Below, in pieces: positions 38,501-50,500 of a stretch of 58,782 nucleotides of DNA; positions within the stretch are counted from its first letter, which is position 1, and every line of letters begins with the position of its first letter. Under the pieces are notes generated by a model that was not told where the DNA came from, did no database searches, and saw only the letters and a list, made by a program, of their open reading frames with translations. The position numbers and the translations under genes were made by a program. This DNA comes from an uncultured Planctomycetaceae bacterium (GTDB taxonomy: Bacteria; Planctomycetota; Planctomycetia; Pirellulales; Thermoguttaceae): assembly GCA_964430315.1 (NCBI GenBank), contig CAYSGY010000002.1, positions 1 to 58,782 on the forward strand, in the 5' to 3' direction.

Positions 38501-41500
38501 TCGACGGGGCGTTCACCCTGGTGGCCCCCGCCGCCGGCGAGATCACCCACGGCGACACCTTCCAGATCAGCGACGGGGTCAACAAGCAGACCTTCCAGTT
38601 CCGCGACCCCACGCGCACCGGCGACGGCGCGATCGGCATCCCGATCTACTTCAACGGGCATGAGAACTCCGTGCAGATGGCGGAGAAGATCATCGAGGCC
38701 CTCAACAACCAGACGCTCAGCAAGATCAAGGGCCTGGGGATCATCACCGACACCACGCAGGGCCACGTGCTCGGCCTGGGAAGCAACCGGATCACCCTCC
38801 TCGGGGCGACCTGGGTCTCGGGCATCGAGTTCATCGCCTACGGCGATTCGGTCGAGCCCATGGCCACCGACGAGAACCCGACCGACGCCTCCAGCGCCAC
38901 CAACCTCTACAACACGTCGTCGAGCGAAGACCGCATGCCGGCGGTCAACCCGGACACCAACGCGGCCCACCAACTCATGGCCGTGGCCCGCGACACCGAC
39001 GGCGACGGCAACTACGACATCTACCTGGTCGACCTCTCCACCGGGACCGAGGGGCAGGACAAGCTCTTCACCGTCGACGGCACCAGCACGCAGCTCGGGC
39101 GATTGACCATGACCGGCAACGCGATCGGCGGGCAGTTGCCCGCCGGCGTCCTCCACGGGGGCGACAACCGCGACCCGGTCTTCAGCCGCGACGGCAAGTA
39201 CCTGATGTGGGTCTCCAACGCCTACGACCCGGTCAACAATCCCGAAGGGAAGTACCAGCTTTGGGAAGCGGCCTTGACCTGGGACACCAGCGTTCCCTCC
39301 CTGCTCACCCTCAGCGCCCCGGTCCAGTTGACCTTCGACGCGGCCAACCACCGCGAGCCGTCCTACCATTGGAAGGACAGCAACAAGATCGTCTACTCGT
39401 CGAACCTCTGGGACCCGACCAAGAACACGACCCGGGACTACGAGATCTTCCTGGCCGACATCGACCGCACCGGGACCCCGAAGCTGAAGGCGGGGACGGT
39501 CACGCAGCTCACCACGAATGAGTACGACGAACGGTCGCCGCAGTACAGCCCGGACGGCTCGCTCGTGGTCTACGTGGCCAACCGCTACGACGCCATCCAG
39601 AACCCGGAAAGCTTCTACCAGGTCTTCACGCTGCCAGTGGCCGGCGGTACGCCGACGCAGCGGACGTTCGACCGGGCGGACCACCGCTCGCCGTCGTTCA
39701 ACCAGTCGGTCTCCACGAACCTCCTGTACGATTTCGGCAAGAACGACCTCTCGACCATCGCTGAAGGCTACACGATGGTCACCGCCTCGACGGCCTACAC
39801 GACCGCCTCGGGCTACGGCTGGCAGACCCTGCCGGGCGATATGCAGTCGGTGGACCGCGGCACCGGCTCCACCAGCAGCAAGCTGGTCCGCGATTTCGTC
39901 CGGACGGCCGACGGCACCTTCGTCGCCGACATGCCCAACGGCTTCTACAGCGTCACGGTCACGCTGGGCGACATCGGCTCGACCGGGCTGCAAGACGCGG
40001 CGAACATCTACCTGGAGGGCACGCTGGTCGACACCACGTTCCAGCCCGGCGCCGGGACGACGCTCCTCCGGACCTACCAGGTCTACGTGGCCGACGGGCA
40101 GTTGACCTTGCAGATCACCGACGCCGGCGGATCGGTCGGCTACGTGGCGGTCGATTCCGTGATCGTCGCCGCCGCGCCCTTCTCCGTGGGATTTGTCGAC
40201 ATCAACGGCAACCCCGTGGCGGAGAACTACACCTACGACGCCGGCGGCACCTCGCTCACCTATGCCAAGACGCTGACCACGTGGAACTACTATCCCGGCA
40301 CGCCTTACAATGCCACGACCTATGGCCAGAACGGCGACAACTACGAGATCTTCTCGCAGTCGTTCACCGGCACCACCACCCTGATCCCCAACGGGCGCCG
40401 GACGAACGACGATGGCCGCGACGTGGAGCCCGTCGTGGTCGTGAGCCAACCGGTGGTCACGGGTCCGTTCCAGGACCCCGACAACCCCAATTGGCAGGAC
40501 TACCGGGTCACGATCGACACGAACTACTACTTCGCCTCGGACCGCGACGGCGACTACGACATCTATAAAGAGACCTACACCTACGTCTACCTGTACAAGG
40601 TCGACGCGGGCAACATCGTGCGCCAGGTTCGGGTGTCCCAGACGTCGTCGACCACGCAGATCACGACCGACGAGGATGTGACCGGCAACACGACCGCCCT
40701 GACGAGCGACTTCAACGCGACGGCGGACCACACCTTCCTGGTCGATCTGCCCAACGGCGCCTACAACGTGACGCTGACCTTGGGGGACCTGGGAGCGCAG
40801 GCCCGCGACCTGATGGCGGTCTCCCTCGAAGGGACGCAGGTCGACGTGGTCAACACGGCCGCCGGGACGCTGGCCACGAAGACCTACCCCGTGGTCGTGA
40901 CCGACGGCCAGTTGACGTTGCGCCTGGCGGACCTCGGTGGCCTCGATCCGAACGTGGCGATCGAATCGCTGGTGATCACCTCGGCCGAGTCGGCGGCGCA
41001 GCCGGCGATCCGGTTCGATTTCGGCCGCGACACCTCGTCGGTGGCGGCGGGTTATACCGGGGTCGCCGATACCACGATCTACAACGCGGCGCTGGGCCAC
41101 GGCTGGGAGGACGGGGTGGGGAGTCCCGTGACCAGCATCGAACGCAACGTCAGTAGCGGCCGCGACGACCTCACGCGCGATTTCAACGCCACCGACGACG
41201 GCACCTTCGCCGTCGAACTGGCCAACGGGACCTACGACGTGACCATCACCGTGGGCGACTCCGGAAGCCAGGCTCGCGACCAGATGGGAATCTACTTCGA
41301 GCAAGGCGAAGCGGGCCAGCAGGTGGACTGGTTCTCGACCGCCGCCGGCCAGGTGCTCACCAAGACCTACACGGTCTCCGTCTCCGGCGGCCGCCTGGAG
41401 GTGCGCCTGCTCGACATGGGCGGGAGCGATCCCTACGTCTCGATCCAGTCGCTGGTGGTGAGCGGCTCCCCCTCGACCGCCTATGACTTCGGGACCGCCA

Positions 41501-44500
41501 CCTCCGCGGTGGCCACCGGCTACACCCGAGTCACGGAGAACACGCTCTATACCGCCACCGCCGGCCAGGACTTCGGCTGGCTGACGAAGCCCGACGTTTC
41601 CCAGGGCGGGGCCGTCTTCAGCGCGGACCGGGGCGTGGCCAATACCCAGAAGCAGAAGTCCACGACCTGGATCCCGATGACCGAGGGCGACTCGAACACC
41701 CTGCGCGACCAGGGACAGATCATCATCGACGGCAACCAGGTGACCCATTCGCTGACCTGGGGCATCGTGGTCGATTCCCAGGATGCCCGCGTCGAGTCGC
41801 AGGCCGACAACGACGCGGCCAACTGGCCGCATCCCGGCTCGACGTTGCCGCTCCGCGTGCCCAACGACCTCCGCCTCGTGCCCGGAGTCACCGTGAGCAA
41901 CAACGTCGTCGCGTACACGCAGAACGCTAGCGGCGGCGCGATTCTCGTCAGCGGCGACACGAACGCGAACAACGCGCCTCTGGGCGCCGTCCCGTTCGCC
42001 CGCATCGTGAACAACACCCTTTACGGCCCGCAGTCCGGCGCGGCGGCCGGCACCGGTATCCGCGTCGAGCAGAACGCCAGCCCAACGCTCCTGGACAACA
42101 TCGTGTCCCATTTCACCACCGGCATTCAGGTGGAGAACTCGGCGATCTGCAATACGACCTACATTTCGGGCTCGCTCTACAAGGGGAACACGACGAATCT
42201 GTCGGCGCCGGGCCTCATCACGCCGCAGTACGACGCGATCTCGCTCGGGGCGTCCGATCCGTTGTTCGTCGATCCCGCCAACGGGAACTTCTACCTCCTG
42301 GAGGGGAGCAAGGCGATCGACAGCGCGCAGGCCCAGGTCGGGGAACGCTCGGCCATGTCGGCGGTCCGCTCGCCGCTGGGGATCCCCGATTCGGCGATCT
42401 ACTCGCCCGAATACGATCTCTTCGGCCAGAAGCGCGTCGACGACCCGTGGACCGACAACGCCGGCTCCGGGCGGAGCGCGTACAACGACCGCGGGGCGAT
42501 CGACCGGGTGGACTTCGTGCGTCCGACGTCGGCCTTGGCCGACCCGGCCGACGTCACCGACGCGTTGAACATCGACCGCAACAAGGGAGACCAGGACCCG
42601 ACGGCGGACGACGTGACGGTCATCGGCCAGAACCTCACCCAGTTTGTGATCCAGCTTTACGACCAGGGAGTGGGGATCGACGATCGCACGCTGGATCCGG
42701 CCGCCGGAGTGGATCCGAACGACGTCCTCACCGTGTCGAAGATCGATCCGCTCACCGGGCTGGCGACGCTCCTCACGTTGGCGACGGGCACCACCCAGGG
42801 CGACTTCTACTACTCCTACAACGCCACGAACGACGCGATCACGCTCTCGCCGGCCAAGGGGGTGTGGGACGCGAACACGCAGTATCGGATCGAGTTCGTC
42901 CTCGACCCGGCCACCGGGAAGAGCCGCGTCATGGACCTCGCCGCCAATCCGCTCATGCACAACCGCGTGAGCGGCCAGACCCTGTTCAACATCCTGATCT
43001 ACGGGCTGGACTACGGCGACGCGCCGGATTCTCCGATCACACCGCCGGGGGTTTCGCCGCCGTGGACCTACCCGACCCTCAAGAAGGACAACGGCGCCGC
43101 GCACGTCACGACCGGCGTGCTCTGGCTGGGCGATACGGTGAACGGAGAGACCGACGCGTTGCAGGACCCGCTCGCCCAAGGCGATCCGAGCGACGACGGT
43201 GTGACGTTCTCCTCGAACTTCCTCATCGGCGGCAGTCCGACGTTCACGGTCACGGCCACGATGCCGAGCGCTGCGGCGGGGGACTACGCCGGGCTGCTCA
43301 ACGTCTGGGTCGACTGGGACCGCAACGGCGATTTCAACGGCGCCAATGAGCACTGGATCGTCGATCAGGCGCTGAACGTCGGCGACACCGTGTTCAACGA
43401 CCCGAACGACGCGGCTTCGCCCAAGTTCCAGGTCCCCAACGGCCTGGAGGAAGGGGGCACCTTCGTCCGCTTCCGCTTCTCGACCGAGGCGATCGCGCTG
43501 CCCACCGACCGTGCCGACGACGGCGAGGTGGAAGATTACTACATCCGGCTCACCAAGTACGCCGAGGACTTCGGCGACGCGCCCGACGCGAATTACCACA
43601 CCAGCTTCAATCCCGCCGGCACCTGGACCGGACCCCGCCACGCCGTGGTCGCGGCGCCCACGTGGATGTTCGACTTCGGCGTCGGCGACCCCACGCCCTC
43701 GCCGTTGGCCACGGGCTACGCCCGCGTCACCAGCTCCACCGTGTACGGCGGGGTGGGCACCTACGGCTGGCGAAGCACCGGCAACCCGATCACCGGCGGC
43801 ACCAACGCGTCGGGTAACGAGGTGACCGGCGATTTCAACTCCACGACCGACCGCACCTTCCTGGTCGACGTGCCCGACGGCACCTACAGCGTCACGCTCA
43901 CCGTCGGCAACCTGGCGGCAACCTTGCAGGATACGGCGGACATCTTCCTCGAGGGGATCCTGTTCGACTCGATCACGCCGCCCGACAACGAGACCGTCAC
44001 GCGCACCTACCAGGTCAGCGTGACCGACGGGCAGTTGACCCTGCGTCTGCTCGACACGAGCGGAGTCACCGGCGTGGCGATCGATGGCCTGGTCGTCGCG
44101 GCGATGCCGGACGGCGCGATCGTCGCCAATCCGCTTTTGGCCCTCGGCTCCGTGGTCGATTCGGAGATGGATGGGCAGCCTTCGGCGGACGCCAAGGGTG
44201 ACGACGCCGTTGCCGCCGGCGCGGTCGACGACGAGGACGGCGTGAAGTTCTTCACGGCCTTCCAGCCCGGCATCGATGCCACGATCGAGGTGACGATCAA
44301 CTCCCAGTTCACCACCGCCGACAGCGACGGGAACCACGCGACCCTGAATGCTTGGATCGACTGGAACGGCGACGGCGACTTCCTCGACGACGGCGAGCAG
44401 GTGATCCGCGACAATCACAACCTGACGTTGGCCGGCAACCCGCTGATCCCGGCGACGATCATCCACGGGCTGACGACGACGCAGCTCACGATCCACGTGC

Positions 44501-47500
44501 CCGCCGGGGCCCAGGAGGGAGCGACGTTCGCCCGGTTCCGGCTGAGCGGGCCCGGCGAGACCGGCCTCGGCCCCGACGGCGTGCTCACCACCGGCCCCCG
44601 CGCCGGCGACGCCCCCTTCGGCGAAGTCGAGGACTACGCCCTCACGGTCCTTGCGGATCCCTACGATTACGGCGACGCCCCGGACGGGGCGGCCGTGCCC
44701 TTCAGTTTCGGCGGCGCGTCGTACGACGTGACCTATCCGACCTTGAAGGACAACAACGGCCCGCGCAACAGCTACGACTACCGCTTCCATCTCGGCCCCG
44801 ACGTCGATTACGAGAGGGACGCCAACGTCAGCGCGTCCAACCCGGGCTCCAGCGACCTCGCCGACGACGGCGTGCTCTTCACCACCTACGGCAGCACGCC
44901 GGACAGCATCATCCTCCGCGCGGGCGTGGAGAACCAGATGCAGGTGACCTTCGTCAATACGCTGGGCGTGACGGGGTACTTCAACGCGTGGATCGATTAC
45001 AACTTCGACGGGACCTTCGGCGACTACGCCTCCGGCGAGCAACTGTTCGCCAGTCCCGTCCAGGTCACGGCCAGCGGCTCGCAGGTCTTCACCTTCACCG
45101 TGCCCGAGGGCGTCCAGTCCCGTCCGATCACGTTCCTCCGCACGCGGTTCACCACGGACGCCGCCGGGGCGACGCCGACCGGTCCCGACACGGGCGTCCC
45201 GCCCAAGGGCGAAGTCGAGGATTACCGCGTCGCCATCGAGGCTTCTCCGATCGACTACGGCGACGCGCCGGCCAGCTACGACACGGTCTCGGCCGAGGGA
45301 GCCGGCGCCGGCAGCGTCTACGACCCGAACTTCTATCTCGGCAGTTACGTCGATTTCGAGTCGGCCCCGCTAAGCTCCTCCGACGCCCTGGGCGACGACA
45401 ATACCGTCGGCGGCACCTACCGGTGGCAGGAGTCGGCCGCGGCCAACGACCCGAACAAGGTGAAGAGCTTCGACTTCGGCACGGCCGCTTCGCCCGTGCT
45501 GTCGGGCTACGTGGGCGTCACCAACGTCTCGCTGTACAGCGGGCTGGTGGGGTACGGCTGGCAGGCGGCCAACGCCGGCCGCACCAGCGTCGACCGGGGC
45601 GTCGCCCCCGGGCGCACCGACATGACGCGGGACTTCAACAGGACCGTCGTCGATACGTTCCTCGTCGACGTGGTCAACGGCACGTACGACGTCACGGTGA
45701 CGGTGGGGGACGTGCTTTCGGGCTCGGACGTGGACACGCTTCTCGACTTCGAGGCCGGGCAGGTCACCTCGACCATCACGGTCGGCGCCGGCTCGACGCA
45801 GACGCAGACGTTCCGCGTCAACGTGTCCGATAACCAGCTCACGCTGCGGCTTGGCAGCTCCCTCGGTCCGATCGTCGCGATCGACGGCCTGGTCGTGACG
45901 CTGGTCTCTCCGCAGACCGACGACAACGGAGTCACGCTGAGCAACGCGTACCTCTCCGACCCGACCGTGACGCTCCTGGCGGGCGGCGTGACGAATACCC
46001 TCACGCTGGACATCCACAACCCCACCACCAACGCGTTGGACGGTTCGGCACGCACGCCGACGACCCCGTGGGTCACGGTGTGGATCGACTACGACCGCGA
46101 CGGCTCCTTCGGCAATTCCGATTCGCCGTACCAGGAGAAGATCGTCGGTCCGTACAACGACAATGGGACCTGGAAGAACTGGAACTACACCACCGGCGAG
46201 GAGATCACCGACCTCACGCAGCCGATCGAGTTCGTGGTGCCGTGGTACATTCCGTTCGACAACGTGGGCACGCCGCCGGCCGACGCGGCCTTCTTGCGGG
46301 CCTGGCTCGCCGATGCCCCGGACGCGGTGGCGGGCACGGACTTCCCCAAGGGCGAGGTGGAGGACTACCAAGTCGTCATCCGGCAGCCGGCGGTCGATTT
46401 CGGCGATGCCCCGGACGATGCCGCCACCCCGCAGTACCCGACTCTCGACATCCACGATCCGGCCGACGCCGGAACGACCAACAATCGCGGGGCCCGAAGC
46501 GTCGTCGATGCGACCTTCTGCCTGGGCGCCAGGGTCGACGCCGAGACCGACGGTCAGCCCGACGCCGCCGCCACCGGCGACGACCTTGTCCCGCTCGCCG
46601 GACCGAACGACGAAGACGGCGTGAAGTTCGCCCCCAACTACGGCAGCACCTGGGACTACGGCAGCACCACCGGGACCGCGATCCTGCGGGCCGGGGTCGA
46701 CAACACGATTGTCGTCGAGGTGACCGTCCCGGCGGGCCGGACCGGCTACCTGAGCGCGTGGATCAACTACAACGCCAACTCCGCCACCCCGGACAGCGAC
46801 TGGAGCGACGCTGGCGAGCAACTCTTCGCCGATCTCGCGAGCACCGTCGGCACGGGCGCGGACTACCGCGTGGAAGCAACGGCCACCGGCTACCGGTATA
46901 CCCTTACCGTGAAGCCCGCCTGGGACACCGCGGTCGGCGATACCTTCATGCGATTCCGCTTCAGCGACATCCAGGGGGTGGGCGCCGATGGCGGCGGTCC
47001 CGGCGATGCCCTGCCTGTCGGCGAAGTCGAGGATTACCGGGTCACGATCATGGCCCCGCCGTTGGACTGGGGCGATGCCCCGGACTACCAGGGTTTCCCG
47101 GGCGAGTCGCTCAACCCCGACTACAACGCCACCAACGGCCTGATTGTCTACGCGACCAACAACTACGATCCGGCAGGCAACCCGGGGCAGAACTGGCAGA
47201 TCTTCGTGGCCAACCCGGACGGCACGGGCAAGCGCCAGTTGACCTTCGGGACCGCCGACAGCCAAACGCCTCGCTTCAGCCGCGACGGCAAGAAGATTGT
47301 CTTCTCCTCCAACGGCAACTTCACCGGCCAGAACGCCGACGGCGATTTCGAGCTCTTCGTGATGAACATCGACGGCTCGGGATTGAAGCAGGTCACGCGC
47401 AACGCGGTTCCCGACGTCGATCCGGAGTTCATGGACGACCACCGCGTGGTGTACGCTTCGCAGAAGCTGAGCGGCACCCAGGACTTCGACCTGTGGATCG

Positions 47501-50500
47501 TCGACACCGCGGTCACCAATCCGACCCCGACGGCGATCAACACGAGCGATCTGTTCAACGGCGACGACCGGATGCCGTCCTACGATCCGATCAACAACCT
47601 CGTCGCGTTCGTCCACACCGACAGCGTCATTTCGGGCTCGCAGGGCTGGGAAATCGGCTACACCCGGCTCGACATGCCCGGCTTCTATCTCACGTACACC
47701 TCGGGCCTGGGCGCCACGGACCAGTTCTGGCCGCGCTACAGCGCCGACGGGAGCCAACTGCTGTTCGTGTCGAACCACGTGGGCGGCAATTTCGAGGTCT
47801 TCACGCGCGGTCTCGGGACGAACACCGCCGTGACCCAGTTGACGTTCACCACGACAGACGACGAAACCACGCCCGCCTGGATCGACTTCGGAACGATCCT
47901 CTACGCCTCGGACGCGATCGGCTACAACCAGATCTACTCGCAGCCGACGGCCAGCCAGACGCCCGTGCAACTCACCCTGCCCGCTGCGAATCCGATCTGG
48001 ACCTATCCGACGGTCGCAGCCAGCAACGGGCCTTCGGCGCTCTATAGCCCCGACTTCTGCCTCGGCGCCCGCTCCGACTACGAGCTGGACGGGAACCCGA
48101 ACGCCGACGCCACCGGCGACGACGTAACGCTCGGCGACACGGCGACCGGCCCCGCCACCGCCCCCTACGACGATGAGGACGGCGTGACGATCACCAGCTA
48201 CGGCGGGGCCCTGGAGGCGGGCGCCGACGACAACGTGATCGAAGTCATCGTGCGCAACGCCACCGGCGTCGATGCCTACCTCAACGCCTGGGTCGACTTC
48301 AACGGCAATGGAATGTTCGACGAGGATCCCGCGCTGGGCGAGAAGATCCTTGCCGACGAGTTGGTGGGCGGCAGCGCCGCTTGGACCCGGGTCGGCGACA
48401 CCTACACCGGGCGATTCACGATCACCGTGCCGTGGAATTACGGCGGACCGCAGGCCCGCGACACCTTCATGCGGTTCCGGCTCACCGAGGACAACGCTCG
48501 CGACAACGTGGCGACCGGTCCGGCCGCCGGCGATGAGCCGAAGCTCGGCGAAATCGAAGACTACAAGGTGACCATCCGGCAGACCGGGGTGGACTACGGC
48601 GACGCGCCGGACGACTATCCGTACCCCGGCGAGGCCGAGACGCCCGACTACAACAGCTCGGCCAACCTGGTCGTCTTCTCATCGACCCTCTACCATCCGA
48701 CGGACAACCCGACGCAGAACCGCGAGATCTTCGTTTCCCGCCCCGACGGCTCCGGGCGCGTCCAGTTGACCTTCTCCGACGCCGACTGCATCCACCCGCG
48801 ATTCAGCCGCGACGGCACGAAGATCGTCTTCTCCTCGAACGGCAACCTGACGGGCCAGAACGCCAACGGCGATTACGAGTTGTTCGTCATGGGCATCGAC
48901 GGCAGCGGCCTCAGGCAGGTTACGAACAACGCCGTCGACGACAAGTACCCCGACTTCATGGACAACCAGCGGATCGTGTACTCGTCGATGACCTTGAAGG
49001 CCACCGGCAGCAGCGACTACGACCTGTACATCATCGACAGCTCCGTGACCAACGCCGTGCCCACGGCGATCAACACCGGCGCCCTGTGGGACCGCGACGA
49101 CATCATGCCGTCGTACGACCCGGTGAAGAACGAGGTCGTGTGGGTCGCCAACTACGAGATCATCCCGGGCACCAGCGGCCTCAATGTGCTGATCACCCGG
49201 CTCGACACGCCCGGTTTCCGTCTCGACTTGACCGGGAGCCTGGGCGCTTCCAACGAACTCTGGCCGCGCTTCAGCCCCGACGGCAGTCTCGTCATGTTCA
49301 CCTCGAATACCAGCCTCACGAGCTACGAGGTGTACACGATGAACACGCTCGGATCGAGCGTGGTCCGAAGGACGACCAGTCCGGCCGACGAGATCTCCTC
49401 GGCCTGGATCAACGCGACGACCATGCTCTACGCCGCGGAGACTTCCGGCGTTTCGCAGGTCTACAGGCAAGTGTTCGGGAGCGCGACGCCGACCCAGGTC
49501 ACCTCCACCTACCGTGACCCGCAGCTCGTTTACCCGACCCTCGATCGGCTGGCCGCCGACACCACGTCGTACCCCTACGACGGTCGCGGGGCCCGGAACA
49601 CGGCCGATGCCGCTCTCACCCTGGGCCGCATCGTGGACGCGGAATCCAACGGACAGCCGACGGACGGTGCCAACGGCGACGACAATAACCCGGTGGCCGG
49701 CCCGGACGACGAAGACGGCGTCCAGAGCCTCAGCTATCTCGGGTCGGGGACCATCACCGTGCGCAACGGCGTGGCCAACACGATCCAAGTGCAGGTGACC
49801 AACACGACCGGCAACGACGCCTACCTGATGGCCTGGCTCGACCTGAACATGGACGGCGACTGGAACGACACGGTCGACGGCGTCAGCGAGACCGTCTTGC
49901 CGGAAACGGTCGTTACGTCGTCCGCAGGCCTTACGACGGTCGAGTTCACGATCACCCCGTGGTGGGACGGCGACACGGGCGATTCGTACTTGCGGGTCCG
50001 CTTGAGCGACCGCCCCTTCGATGCCGACCCCGCGGTCGCCACCTCCGGCTCCGGCATCGGGGACGCCGACGGCGGCCGGCTGCCGCACGGCGAGGTGGAG
50101 GACTACCGCGTATCCATTCTGCCGCCGGCGTACGACTACGGCGACGCCTTCGACGAAAGCAACCTGATCGGCGGCGCACTCAATCCCGACTACAACGCGA
50201 CGGCGGACCTGGTGGTCTTCTCGGCGAACCTCTACGACGCGGTCAACAACCCCGAGGGCGACTACGAGATCTTCACCATTCGGACCGATGGAACCGGACT
50301 GACCCAGTTGACGTTCAACTCCTACGACGACGTAACCCCGCGGTTCAACAGCGGCGGGACGCGCATCGTGTGGTCGGGCAACGTGCCCAGCGGCGCGTCG
50401 AGCCGCTACCAACTGTTCACGATGAACGCCGACGGCACCAACCCGGTCCAGTTGACCAGCACCGCGTTGTACAACAACGTGGATCCCGATTTCATGGACG

